61,138 nt of DNA from Octopus bimaculoides. Lineage: Eukaryota. A program made the translations under genes and the position numbers. Position 1 is the first letter of the stretch. Every line of letters begins with the position of its first letter. Positions 25,848-37,707 of the stretch are shown here, piece by piece. The stretch covers positions 34,783,121-34,844,258 of the forward strand of contig NC_068992.1 of NCBI RefSeq assembly GCF_001194135.2, in the 5' to 3' direction. The notes below the pieces were generated by a model. The model had not been told where the DNA came from. It worked only from the letters and a program-made list of their open reading frames with translations, and did no database searches.

Positions 25848-27156
25848 TAAGCACATGTATTAAATGTTAATTTAAGAGTTAATATGTAACTGTAAATACC
25901 TTGCAACTTTGCAACTACTGCGAGAATTATTAACTAGTAATTGAATGGTAAATGTGTAAAATAAGATGATCTTATTTTACTTCTAATGTGATAACATTAG
26001 AAGTAAAATTGAAAGAATAAAAGTGAAACGATATATCACACAAGTTGAGTGACTGATTCAGCACCTATGTTTGTGTTCCTCATTCTAAAATAATAAAAAC
26101 TTTAGTATACATCCAAAATGGGACTTCGTCCATGTGTGTCCACCTGCATATATGTGCAGGTGTCTGTGTGTGTAAGGGGGCATAGTGCACAAGAAAAGCA
26201 TTTCTGGAATTGTACTCATAAACATTCTATTAAAATAAGATATCTTTATATGCCATATTTGCAATTCTCCATATAAATAATAGGAAAGTGTGTATCAAAT
26301 AAAATTAAAATCCTGTTTGAGCGACTGATCGATAAAGTTGGTAAAGTTTTAACATTTTTGGTAACAACATATTCTCTCTTCTAATTAAATATTTGAAAAG
26401 AGAGAAAATGCCACCCTCTCTTTTGCAAGAGAAATTAATTTTAGCAGTAAGCATTAAAACTCTTGTTTTATTATCACAATTAAAAAGAGTTTATCTTTAC
26501 TTTAAAAAACAAAGATATAGGGTCATAGACGTATGACAGAGAATTATTCAAACTTCTGTTTGCTTCTATCAGAATCATTTACATTTAAAGCAAGAAAGCG
26601 AAACTTATGTATACAGCATGTATGTAAAACCTATTTCTGTTTACTTTCTGTTCACTCACATAAGCTGTAGAAGCTGTTGTGTGCACGCACACACAATCAC
26701 AGCAATTTTCAAAACATTTTAGACAACGGGATGGGGAGGTGATGGGTGCATGGATCAATTTTGGAGTTTTTCATTGAAAATTTGAAATAAAAAATTGCTT
26801 TTTCCATATTCTTAATCTCTGTATTTTTCCACAAAAATTGAAAAAAATTGAAAAAATGTTAAAAGTTTTAAATTAGGTGGAGGGGGAATTTAAAATTTTG
26901 AAAACATGATTTTTTGCATATTCAGAATCTCCGTCATCGAAAATAGAGGAATCCACTGAATAGAAAAAATTGCAAGGCTCTTATAGGAAGACTAGTGCTT
27001 CCTATATGGGCAAGGGCCAAACTTTGACTCCACTAGAACCTTCCCCGAGTAATGAAAAACCTTCATGCCAAATTTGGTACAGATTGATCCAACAGTTTGG
27101 CCGTGCATAGAGGAAAAACACACACACACACACACACACAGTGAATTTTATATAGA
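23815..27156 (-). mobile_element. Non-autonomous Helitron-like element (~3.3 kb) with internal duplications
   Basis: Minus strand starts TCTATATAAAATTCAC(TG)n at 27156 and ends with hairpin cccaa-gcaaca-ctggg, then ctat (CTRR-like), near 23815. Whether it is one continuous element is inferred. Confidence 0.6.
25270..25385 (-). mobile_element. SINE family A head fragment
   Basis: cagtgggactgaacccaagg..catggttggaaagcaagtttctcaaccacacagccatgcc is the reverse complement of the tRNA-like head. Confidence 0.7.
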
Positions 27157-27200
27157 CTAGCCTAAGTACTCGGCGTTGCTCGGAAGTTTAAAGAATGTTA
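27157..27200 (-). mobile_element. Helitron 3' terminus (hairpin + CTAG) of a second copy
   Basis: Minus strand tccgagcaacgccgagtacttaggCTAG, directly followed by the TC start of the next copy. Confidence 0.7.
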
Positions 27201-27381
27201 AAGGAAATGAATATATTTATTCTGATAAAAAATATATTTTCAGAAAAATTCTATCAGATGACAGGAGTATAGATGAAGTTATTAAAACAAATCCTGAAAT
27301 CAATCAGAGTTTAATTTTGTAGAACTTCTAAATATACAATATTTTCAGTGTGTCCTTTAATTGCTGTACAAATATGCCCAT

Positions 27382-27648
27382 GGGCATATAGCATAGTGGA
27401 CAAGTGGGCAGGCTACTAACCCCAAGATTCCGAGTTCGATTCCAGTGACCTGAATAATAATAATAATAATAACAACATCAAAAAATACCTTAGGAATGAA
27501 AACCCACGTTCGAAATTTCCCCAAGACACCTGATGAAGGCTGGAGGGCACATCAGCTGAAACGTTGTGTTAACAACAGACAAGATGAGGACAAATATCCG
27601 TCAAATGTAAATAATGTACGTAATTCCTTATCTCTTAAATATAGTACT
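27382..27648 (+). mobile_element. SINE family C: tRNA-like head + (AAT)n linker + hammerhead-containing tail
   Basis: A box tagcatagtgg 27389-27399, B box gagttcgattcc 27432-27443, (aat)n 27453-27472, tail shared with 54073-54440 and 7261-7327. Confidence 0.8.
27525..27570 (+). ncRNA. Minimal type I hammerhead ribozyme motif
   Basis: Stem I gacac/gtgtt, core CTGATGA 27530-27536 (+A), stem II ggctg/cagct, GAAA 27558-27561, palindromic ACGT in place of stem III, GUU cleavage triplet. Confidence 0.7.
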
Positions 27649-27739
27649 GTAATGAGATTGCAGTTAACATATTAATTCCTACTTATAAAAGGTGAATTTC
27701 ATCTGTAGATTAACAGTTGCAAGGTTCTTGCTGAACATT

Positions 27740-28620
27740 TTCTAGAAGGCAATTTGGTTTACAGCATAACCACAGCACAACAAAGTGTTACTGTTCTCTC
27801 AAACATGGAACAATTAAAAGGTCATAGATCACACAAAGTTTTTCATAGCCTTTGACAAAGTCTGATACAACAGATTGCAACAAGAAAAAAATCTAAGGAG
27901 ATATGTGAGCAATGACTATGGTGACTTAAAAGCTTCAAAAACAAGAGATCCATCAAGCAAACAGAGCAGTAAACTTTAGGGAAGTCTACTGATCTGTTAC
28001 CTATTATGGTATAATTTCAACAATGCATCAAAACTTAGCCAGCTTCTCTTTTTTCATAGATGATATGGTAGATGTCCATAAAAATAAACAGCATCTCTAT
28101 CTGGATGACTCCACTCTATACCAGTTAAATACTCAAATGATTGTGATATTGCAGCCAAATTAAATTGATACTATGTCTTGATGAAAGTTAGAAAGTATAT
28201 GAAAGGGAAATTTTAAAATCTTATAAACAAAAAGATATTCCTCAAACATTGAGCTGTAATCTGGAAATTGTAAAGTTACTAGAGAAGCTTGAAATCCTGG
28301 GCACATAAGCAGCAAACTGGTATGGGTAGAGTTTATCCCCACCAGGGTTGCCCACATAATTTGAGCCCTATAGAAAATCACAAACACGTAGAGTATAGAA
28401 GGAAGTACAAAATCAAAGCTTCACTTGTCTATTCTGACTCAATGCTCCAGTCAAATGTATGCAATTTAAAAGAAATAAGCTGAGGATTCTACAAACTTAC
28501 CATGAACAACTTGCATTAAAAAAAAATGGAGGCTGCTGTAACAACAGTACTATATAAAATGGATACAAGAAGCATACATTGAAACTTATTCTGCAACAAG
28601 ACAGATATTTGTACAAGAAC
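27740..28620 (+). pseudogene. Decayed CR1/Jockey-like LINE RT
   Basis: Broken frames give RQFGLQHNHSTT, FIAFDKV, LFFIDD, LDDSTLY and L.ILG. Confidence 0.6.
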
Positions 28621-28823
28621 TAGTATTTTTATCTATACATCAACACCTCATTCCTGATGTCAAGGCTACATATTGAATAGGAACTTTCTGAACTTACCTA
28701 TTAATACATAAAAGTCAAACTTTTCTTGACAAATATATATTATATCTAAATTAAGGGATGATATTACTAAATGCTGTACAGAAAATATAGAATTCTAATG
28801 AATTGAAATTTCTCTCTAAGAGT

Positions 28824-28961
28824 AAGAAAAAATAAAATTGCAGCAATTGTTAGGAGCTCTTATGGGAAAGGAGACATAATTTCGATAAGAAATTTCTTAT
28901 CAAAATTATGTCTCCTTTCCTTCAAGAGCTCCTAACAATTGCTGCAATTTCATTTTTTCTT
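28824..28961. repeat. Spacer-less palindrome with 69-bp arms
   Basis: Centre gataagaaa|tttcttatc at 28892/28893; 5 non-Watson-Crick positions in 69. Confidence 0.95.
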
Positions 28962-31083
28962 TGTTGATGTGCCTCAACACATCATTTTTATATTTTGTTA
29001 TAAAGTGCAGTATTTATTATAAAGCATAGTTTCCTATTACAAAACAGAATGAGGATAAGTATTAGAAAGAAAACAAATGAAAATTCATTTGCTATGCAGT
29101 GGGGGTTTTCATGAAACTATACTGTGATATCCAAAAATGAGCTTGTTCTAACCTGGAGTTGATACTCTACTTCAGGCTGCAGAACTAAGTAATGATGCAT
29201 TTAGTCATAGTGGATGTATATGCTAGCCTACACATCTGATTCAGACAGTAGATGTACACTCATGACTCATTGGACTGATGTAAGAAGATGTAAAATCATG
29301 ATTTACAAACCAAAGTAAAAAACTGAAAACTGTCAAAGAAAGCACATGAATATGACTCAGAGGGATACGTTCATGAATTGATGTTATCAAATTATTTTTA
29401 AGAGGCCACAGATTTAATCTAAATCAAGACAAATTTGTATTCATAAATGGTAGTAAAAATTGAAAGCTTTGAATATTTAATAACTTGCATTCATATTTTT
29501 TTTTATCCAGTGATTTGTATCACAAAAGAAAATCCATCAGCTTAGACACACATACTAAGATACAATTTTTTTTTCCTCTTAACATGCTTAATTCAGTAAT
29601 TTATTGTTTTGTGTTGAAATTCTACCAATATTGAAATGCTTTCATTCTTTCATGATTTATAATTGCACTGGTAATATATTTGAATTTATTTAATTGTCAG
29701 TGCTTTTCTAACATAAAAATTTGTCTCAAGCATATGCAAAAGAAATCATATCTGACAAGAGATAAATTTATGTTAGATTTCCTAATATTAATCAGGTGAA
29801 AGGCACAACTGCTTTTCAATAACTTTCTCTTTTAGTTAAGTCTAAGCAGACAGTACACATTGCTTTTGCAGGTTCCCTCTCATATTGATGAGATTGATGC
29901 AGCTGAAGTAATAATAGGAGAAAGAAGGTACAATGTATCAGTGGTCTAGCAATTGTGGTTAATTATAGAAGGATCAGAGCTAGAACTGTAAGCTATGATC
30001 CAGTTAAATTTACTGTTGCATTTCAATAAGCACACTTACTTGGCAAGTTGACCACTTTAAACAGCATATTGCCATGCAGTGATCATGAATAAACATGTTT
30101 TGTAAAATGAGGACAAACTGTTCATTGCAGGAATGATGAATTATTTGGAGATTACTTATCAGCATGATTTATCATTATTCAGTATTTTAGATTAAAAAAG
30201 AAAGAAGAAAAACTTGAAAATTTATGCAAATGCAAATTGCTGAAAGTTTAAACTGAAATCAAAAGTAGAAATGTGAACTTGACTTTCTTTTCTTGTAGCT
30301 TTAAAACCTACTTATTTGTACAAAACTGACATCTTCACTCTAATCTGCTTATATTTTGCATAACAGAAAGTAATTTTAGAAGCATGTTCTAGTTTCTCAG
30401 AAGTAAATGTTTCTTCTCTCAGAAGTCAGTAATATTGATTTCTATTAATTGGATAGGATGGAAAGTATATTGAAAATATCTGAATAACAAAGGCTTGTAG
30501 TGAGGTAACGACAAAAGGAAACCCTGAGTGTGAGATGAACTCTTAAACTAAAGTTGAAACACAAAACTAGATACTATTCCAAAGCAAGCACAGTTTTTAG
30601 ACGTGCTGGTTGATCAATGACAAAACTATCTAAATTGAAAAATTTTGGACATTGCCAAAAACATGCTGGAGTTTTATACTTTTAAGATAGAAATATTTTT
30701 ATAAGCTAAAATAAATTTATAGTTTGAATTTCTAATTGAAGTAATTAAAGTCACTGATTTGTGAGGCAATGCAACATGTACAGAAAGGAAACATCTGTAA
30801 TAAAGTATGTATTAAAGAAAAAAAATATCTTCTCTACAAAAGCTTTATTATTCAATGAAGTACTTCATTGAATAAGTATACAATTACAGAGTGTCTAAGT
30901 AGATATTTGGTATAGTTGATGCAGCAGTATAGATATATAAAATACCCATAAAATCTTTGTCTGAATGCAGAAATTGCAAATAAAATTGCGTTTCTTTATT
31001 TTCTTTTAGCTGTATAAAATTTCAAAGGATGGTTGAAATGATGGAGAAATTGTTGGCATAATTTTTGCTTTGTTCACTTGATG

Positions 31084-31084
<1 letters not shown>

Positions 31085-31121
<37 letters not shown>

Positions 31122-31320
31122 NNNNNNNNNNNNNNNNNNNNNNNNNNNNNNNNNNNNNNNNNNNNNNNNNNNNNNNNNNNNNNNNNNNNNNNNNNNNNNN
31201 NNNNNNNNNNNNNNNNNNNNNNNNNNNNNNNNNNNNNNNNNNNNNNNNNNNNNNNNNNNNNNNNNNNNNNNNNNNNNNNNNNNNNNNNNNNNNNNTGTGT
31301 GTGTGTGTGTGTGTGTGTGT
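31085..31320. repeat. (TG)n microsatellite spanning a gap
   Basis: Seen directly on both sides of N 31122-31295. Confidence 0.9.
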
Positions 31321-31599
31321 TGTATTTTATTAGTATTGAATTTTTAATTTGTTTGAAAAACCTGCTGTTGCTATTCCTACCATTAATGTTACTGTTTGTA
31401 TGAAGTATATGGGTGACATGATAAGAGTCCCATTGATGCTGCTAGTGTACATACATACTACTACTACGTTTCTTATTAAAGTTTTATTAAAGGGAGGTCC
31501 TACATCCATGGTCTTTGCAGGACCTCTGAGTCTGGTGAAACTGATTAATGTTCCTTTTGAATTGTTAGAAGTTAATGGTTGAAGAGACAGGCTGAAGAC

Positions 31600-32090
31600 A
31601 TGAGTGCAATATGGACCAGAAGAGAAGTATAAGTTGAGTGTACCTGAGTAGAAGCGAGATAAGACCAACCACCTTCAAGAAGCAGAGGCAGCATTAGTAA
31701 TAGCAGAAAGAATAGCATGAGGAGTTGTTATGTATGTGGGTTAGTGCAGGGGTATGTTGTTGAATTACTTCATGTTGTTCATTTGAGAGGCCCATTTCTG
31801 GGGTGTAGTCTTGGATGTGTGAACATGTAGTAGGAGTATCATCCCAGATTTAGGAATGATAATCTGTAGTGGATCACTGAAATAGAGAGTTAGCAGTTGT
31901 TGCTGAATTGAACATTTTCTGGTCCTGGAGAGAAAACTTGTCCTTGAGATGTAGCATGTGCTGTATTGATTATGTTGCTTTCTACAAGAGAATTTTGATG
32001 TTAAAGCAGTATTGAGGATTCTGTGTGTATGCTATTCATGAGGGGAGCCTGTAAATTGATAATTTCATTTTGCTATGTGCAGAGATTGTT
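31600..32090 (-). mobile_element. Old CR1-like LINE 3' fragment
   Basis: Weak LSLFYRY-like and LEYCSHIW-like remnants; similar old fragments near 700-930, 11930-12130 and 55260-55540. Confidence 0.35.
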
Positions 32091-32223
32091 TCTTTACTGT
32101 TGAAAGAGATAAGGTTAGTGCTGTCAAATGCTGCTGCCAAATGTATTTCTAAAACATATTTAACTGAATTTCTTTTCCCATTGTAATACTTGTATCCTAA
32201 TTGCAATCATTTGTTTTTTGTTT

Positions 32224-33768
32224 ATATCTGTGTCCTAGGCAATGACTGTTGACATCCTAAGAAAAAAAAAACATTAAAAATTAAGATAGTGACAGTAAAT
32301 TGTAGTAATCAAGTCGATACCAAACTGCTAAACATTCATATTGATACAAACACAATATGTCCCTGGCTAAGAGATTTAACACAACAGTCAATTGGTATCA
32401 TAAAGAAACACAATTTATTCCCTTTAAAGGTATACTTAAAACCTCTTCTTATTATTATTAAGGTAGTGGCTGGCAGAATCGTTACCATACCAGTCGAAAT
32501 GCTTAGTGGCATTTTGCCTGCCATTATGTTCTGAGTTCAAATTCTAAGGTCAACTTTGCTTTCATCTATTTGGGGTTGATAAAATAAGTACCAGTTGAGA
32601 ACTGAGGTCGATGTAATCGACTTACCCCCACTCCCAAAAGAATTCAGGCCTTGTGCCTATAACAGAAAGAGTTACTATTATTATTTCTCTATGCAAACTG
32701 AAAAGAAATTGGAATACAAGCTGTATATTGAGAAGAAAGTGTGTCTTATAATCGATATGTTATGTTCAAGAAAAGTAAAAGGAAACAGAAAAGTATCATA
32801 TCAACTATGAAATTTCAGAGTCAATATAATAAAGTACAAGCCAAGTACTCAGGCTGATTTAATCAACTAACCCCTTCTCTTGTATGCAATAAAGAGTTAG
32901 TTGATGGGAGAATACTTGTCTAAAAGAAATCTTGGTTGGAAGTTGATTTTTTTGTATGCCAATCAAATGATAGGCTTGTTTTTTTTTCAACATTTTATTT
33001 CAGATTTGTTTTAAATTGATTTTACTGTTTGCCAAACCCCTGTGTGCATTGTTGTTTGCTCTTCAAAACAACAACCTCCATGTTGGGAAGAGACGGTGCT
33101 AGCCCCCAAATGTTTGGAAATACAAAGACAGATAAAAAAAAAAAAGCCCACCTCTCTGGAAACACAACAGTTAAACAGATACAGCTGCAAATGTTTATTG
33201 TTAAATGCAAAGATGTGGCATAAATATTTATTTAAATGACAAGAACAGATGAATTAAAAGAATAACAGCAACCAATCTTTTGTTAGCATTGATACTGGAA
33301 AGAGGTGCATGTCCTTATAGAGAAAATGAAATTTGAAAGTTCTTCAAAAGATGGATGAAATTGCTAAAGAAGTCAAACTGAAAAAAACAGTGAAAGAAAT
33401 ATTGTGTTTGTTGGGAGTGAAGTTAGAAAGTATATACTGAACCCTTCTCCTGCCCACCTAAAATGACAGAATGTTTTTGTTGATATCTGTGTCCTAAGAA
33501 AATAAAACATTAAAAATTAAGATAGTGACAGTAAATTGTAGTAATCAAGTCGATATCAAACTGCTAAACATTCATATCATACGAACACAATATGTCCCTG
33601 GCTAAGAGATTTAACAACAGTCAACTGGTATCATAAAGAAACACAATTTATTCCCTTTAAAGGTATACTTAAAACCTCTTCTTCTTATTATTAAGGTAGT
33701 GGCTGGCAGAATCGTTACCATACCAGTCGAAATGCTTAGTGGCATTTTGCCCGCCATTATGTTCTGAG
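32224..33768. repeat. Local direct duplication, ~290-310 bp (32224-32535 and 33483-33768)
   Basis: Near-identical unique sequence plus the first ~80 bp of a family B SINE. Confidence 0.9.
32459..32670 (+). mobile_element. SINE family B
   Basis: (att)n aaggtagtggctggcagaatcgtta...ctgagttcaaatt...ggtcgatgtaatcgacttaccc...ttcaggccttgtgcctata. Confidence 0.85.
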
Positions 33769-33774
33769 GGACCA

Positions 33775-33945
33775 CATTACTTGTGATGAGAACCTCTTCA
33801 CAGTTCAGTCAATGCCAAAGATAGCCATGTCAGAATTCAGACAACCCAACTTTCTGTGGGTAGAAGGAAAGGATTTATTAAAGCTGAAGATGATGGGAGT
33901 CATAGAGTATCTTGATAATGCCCAGTTGATAGCTCCTCACTCATT
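33775..33945 (+). pseudogene. Possible Ty3/Gypsy RT N-terminal fragment
   Basis: ITCDENLFTVQSMPK...KDLLKLKMMGVIEYLDNAQLIAP resembles Gypsy V..EL..L...GVIE.V....WASP. Confidence 0.4.
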
Positions 33946-35389
33946 GGTTTGTTTTGTTTTACTAAAGTTTTTCATGTCATTTGATAAATTATGTTTGGAT
34001 TTTAAAATGCTTCCATTTACATCTTGATTTCAAATCTATTTGAGGTTAACTTTTCTGTTCATCTTTCCAAATATACCACTCAAAAACTGAATTTGATGCA
34101 ATAGGCTTTTCCATTTCACACTTTTTGTTTATATCAAATAATATTTCTATCATCATTAAGACTGATAGATTTGCAGAGTCATTAAAAAGTTGTACAAATT
34201 TGTTGTGACATTTGTTCTAGCTCTTTATATCCTGAGTTCAAATCTTACTGAGAACTTTATCTTTCATCCTTCTGGGGTAGATTATCCCTAATTATGATAC
34301 ACTAAATAATGGTACCCCACCCAAAAAATAGATTGTTTCACAGAAAAATGATAAAAACGTAACAATGTAATTTGTACAAATACATATAAAACATTGTGTC
34401 AACCATAAGATTTTTTTTTTTTTAATTCATTCTATATAAAGCAAACTTAAGCCCTGTCTGCCAGCTGAGATTTTTCTGTAATCTGAAAGAAAATGAGGTT
34501 AAAAGGAATTAAAACGAAATGGCTTTGTGATCAAAATTTAAAGAAAAGATTTTTTTGTTTAATTTATTTCGATATATTATTTCAATATTTACAAAAAAAA
34601 AAAAAATAAAATCTACAATCTTTCAGTAGAAATAGCATTTCCCTTTCATATTTTCAAAGTAGCATATCCTAACAAAGCAATAATCTTAGCTAAGAAATCA
34701 GATGTTTGTTCTAAAACTGACTAAAGGCTATGACAAAAATAATATCTTGTCTATAATTGCTGTTTCTAAATATATTCAACTTTAAAAAGTAAAAAGCCAT
34801 CAGTTTGACTAGGGAAATGGAAAATATATATTCTTTGCTGATTAAGATCTTTATCCTTGCTGCAAACATTGCCTGTAGAAACAAATCTTTATTCTAGGCC
34901 ATTGTTTTCTATTAAAAAAGATCTTGAAATTTTTTGTTTCAGAAAAGGCTGTTTACACTTCATGTTTAAGAAAAATCAAAGTGAGAAAACCAAGGTCACA
35001 CGGATTTAATTATAAAAACTTTACTGGACAAAAATAACTACAACTAATATAAAGTGCGATTTCTTATATAAAATTGAAATAAACATGAAATGTCTCTATC
35101 CAAAACATATTGTTCTGAAGTGCATTGTGTATAATACTGTATCAGGATATAATTAGATTTTTTATTTTATGTAGTGCAAAGAGCAAAATCTTCATCAGCA
35201 TTTATTCATAGGAGTAATATCCATTAGGGAGCTAATGATTGGAATGCATGTTTGATATACTTTGTGAATCTTGGATATCTTGGAGTCTCATTATTCTAAG
35301 CTACCCTTCACACTTGTAAGGTTGAACTGGTTTTGGGGTGCATGGTTTATGCTAATTAAATATATTAATATTGTTTAATTGATTTCCTC

Positions 35390-37495
35390 CTCCTCATCAT
35401 CATCATCCATTGTTTTAAATCTGAGTTTTGTCCCCTTTAACGTGGGTGGGGGTGGGGGTGGATATACCACAATGCCATAGCAACCACCCTTACACTATCT
35501 CACTATCTTGCCTAATTTTGGGCATCCTCCTTTTTCAACCCAACCCTCCCAATCTCCCCTCCACCTTTTCCTTGTTCTACCTTGCTTTTGCACTCCATTT
35601 ACCTCAAACGCAACCACCCTCCTCAGAACATGCCCATACCACCTCACTCCATTCACCCTTGCCAACCATTACACTGATTCCTCTAACCCCAGCATTCCCA
35701 TCAAATCCTCAGTCCTCCTCTTATCAAACATTTTCACTCCACACATTTCTCTTACCATTGCTTTCTCAGTCCTTCTCAAAATTACCATCTCTCTCTCCCT
35801 CAGATACCATGTCTCACTCCCATACAGCGTTGCAGCTCCTTCCACACAACTCTTATTGACACTTCATTTCATCTTTAATGAGAACCTTTTCCAATATATA
35901 ACAACTCTCCACATTCCCTGAACTTCACCCAGCCAAGTCATGCTCTTGCTGTCACAGCTGCTACACATCCACCACGTCCCCCAGATAACAAAACCCTCTC
36001 ACCATTTCCACCTCGTCGCATAATGTTTCCACTGGTTCTACCAGCCCTCTAGTTCCTATCTCACATCTTCTACAAGCAAACTCTCTCACCAGTCGTGGGG
36101 TCACTTTCTTCATTTTGTACATCTACCATGAATCCATTTCTCATATCTCGTACACAACACTGCATTTGCCATTACCCTTCTCACACATACACCACTTGGA
36201 TCTGCATTACTCACTAACACTTCTCCTTCCACCCCACTCACCACCACCTTTGTCTTCCCAAGGTTTAATTTCAAACCCTTACTTTCAAATGCCTCCTTCC
36301 ATTTCCAAAACTTCTCCCTCAATTCCTACATCGTCTCATTCATCAGAACATGGTCATCTGCATTCAGTACCTCCATTATCTATCCCTCTCTTGCAATTGC
36401 CATCACCACATCAAACACTATTGCAAACAACAACGGTAACAACACAGATCCCTTATGCACACCAACTTTCACTGCAAACTCCTCTGACAGCTCTGATTCA
36501 ATTCTAACTCTTGTCTTTATCCCTTCATACAAACACATCACTGCCCTCACTATTACCTCTAGTACACCACTCTTCCTCAATGCCCACTCAATCACCTTCC
36601 TTAGAACCCTATCAAATGCCTTCTTCAGATCAACAAAGCACATGTACAACTCTTTCTCCTTATCTCGGTATTCCTCTTGAAGTCTCCTTATAATGAACAC
36701 TGTCTCTATTGTCCCCTTTCCTGGCATAAAGCCAAATTGCATCTCGTCCACATCCACCCCTTTCTGAATTCTCCTCTCCAACACCCTTTCCACTATCTTC
36801 ATCACATGCTCCAATAACTTCACTTCCCTGTATGCCCCACAACTCGTCGCGTCCTTCTTCCTCTTGAAGATCAGTACCACCACACTTAGTGTTCAATCAT
36901 CTGGCATTCCTCTTCCATCCAGCACACTCTTGCAGAGCTCCATCATCACAACAATCCCTATCTCTCCACTTGCACTTATCATTTCCATACTTCTGATGGA
37001 CCAGCTGCCTTTCCCATTTTCCTTTCCTTCATTGCTTCTACTATTTCTTCCTGACTAACCCTCTCCACTACAGTAACTTCCACCTTCTAATCCCATTCAT
37101 TCTCCTCATTCATAATTTCCTCCATATGCTCCTTCCAAACTCTTCCCCTATCTTTCTCACTAAAATTTAACCTTCCATCACTCACTCTCATGCATCTTCC
37201 TCCCTCAACATCTCTTCCATCTTTTTTAATTGATTTAATAAACCTAAACACTATCTGAGCTCTCATCCAGCCTGCTCCACTTCTCCTCAGCCTCCTTCCT
37301 CATAGATCTTGCAACCACTCTCTTTGTATAATTCCTCATGTTATTATACCCTTGCTCAGTCCTATTATTACATAAAGCATTATGTGCCACCTTCTTCTTT
37401 GCTATCGCATCCCTCACTTCCTCGTTCTACCACCACGCATCTCCTTGATCTCTCCTACCTTTCATCCTACTGAACACTTCACATGTCTTTAGTAC
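35390..37495 (-). mobile_element. Older, decayed RTE LINE of a second family
   Basis: ORF 36380-36883 YREVKLLEHVMK..QFGFMPGKGT..FVDLKKAFDRV..GVHKGSVLLPLLF; ORF 36110-36322 GLKLNLGKTKV..; cat repeats at 35395-35406. Confidence 0.9.
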
Positions 37496-37645
37496 CTTTT
37501 CTCTGCGGTCCAGATCGTACGAAAGGTTGTTTAGGCGGGCTATTTAAGCTAGTCGTGTGCATACGTGCATATATATGTGTGTATACATCCGTATATGTAA
37601 GTATACTGTTTATATACATGTATTTGTATTTATGTACTTGAGTAT

Positions 37646-37707
37646 ATTCCACTGATGAAGGCAGAGCATTATTATTAATGCAAAGCCAGAAATCCAGGAT
37701 TTGGAAT
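37646..37707 (+). ncRNA. Type I hammerhead ribozyme motif (second family), probably in a Penelope-like pseudo-LTR remnant (~37500-37934)
   Basis: Stem I attcca/tggaat (6 bp perfect), CTGATGA 37652-37658, stem II ggc..gcatt/aatgc..gcc, GAAA 37689-37692, stem III atcc/ggat with 1-nt loop, AUU triplet. Confidence 0.65.

Noticed and set aside
27382-27450. Functional tRNA gene
   Set aside because: A/B boxes are present but there is no complete cloverleaf, and it continues into a repeat body; SINE head
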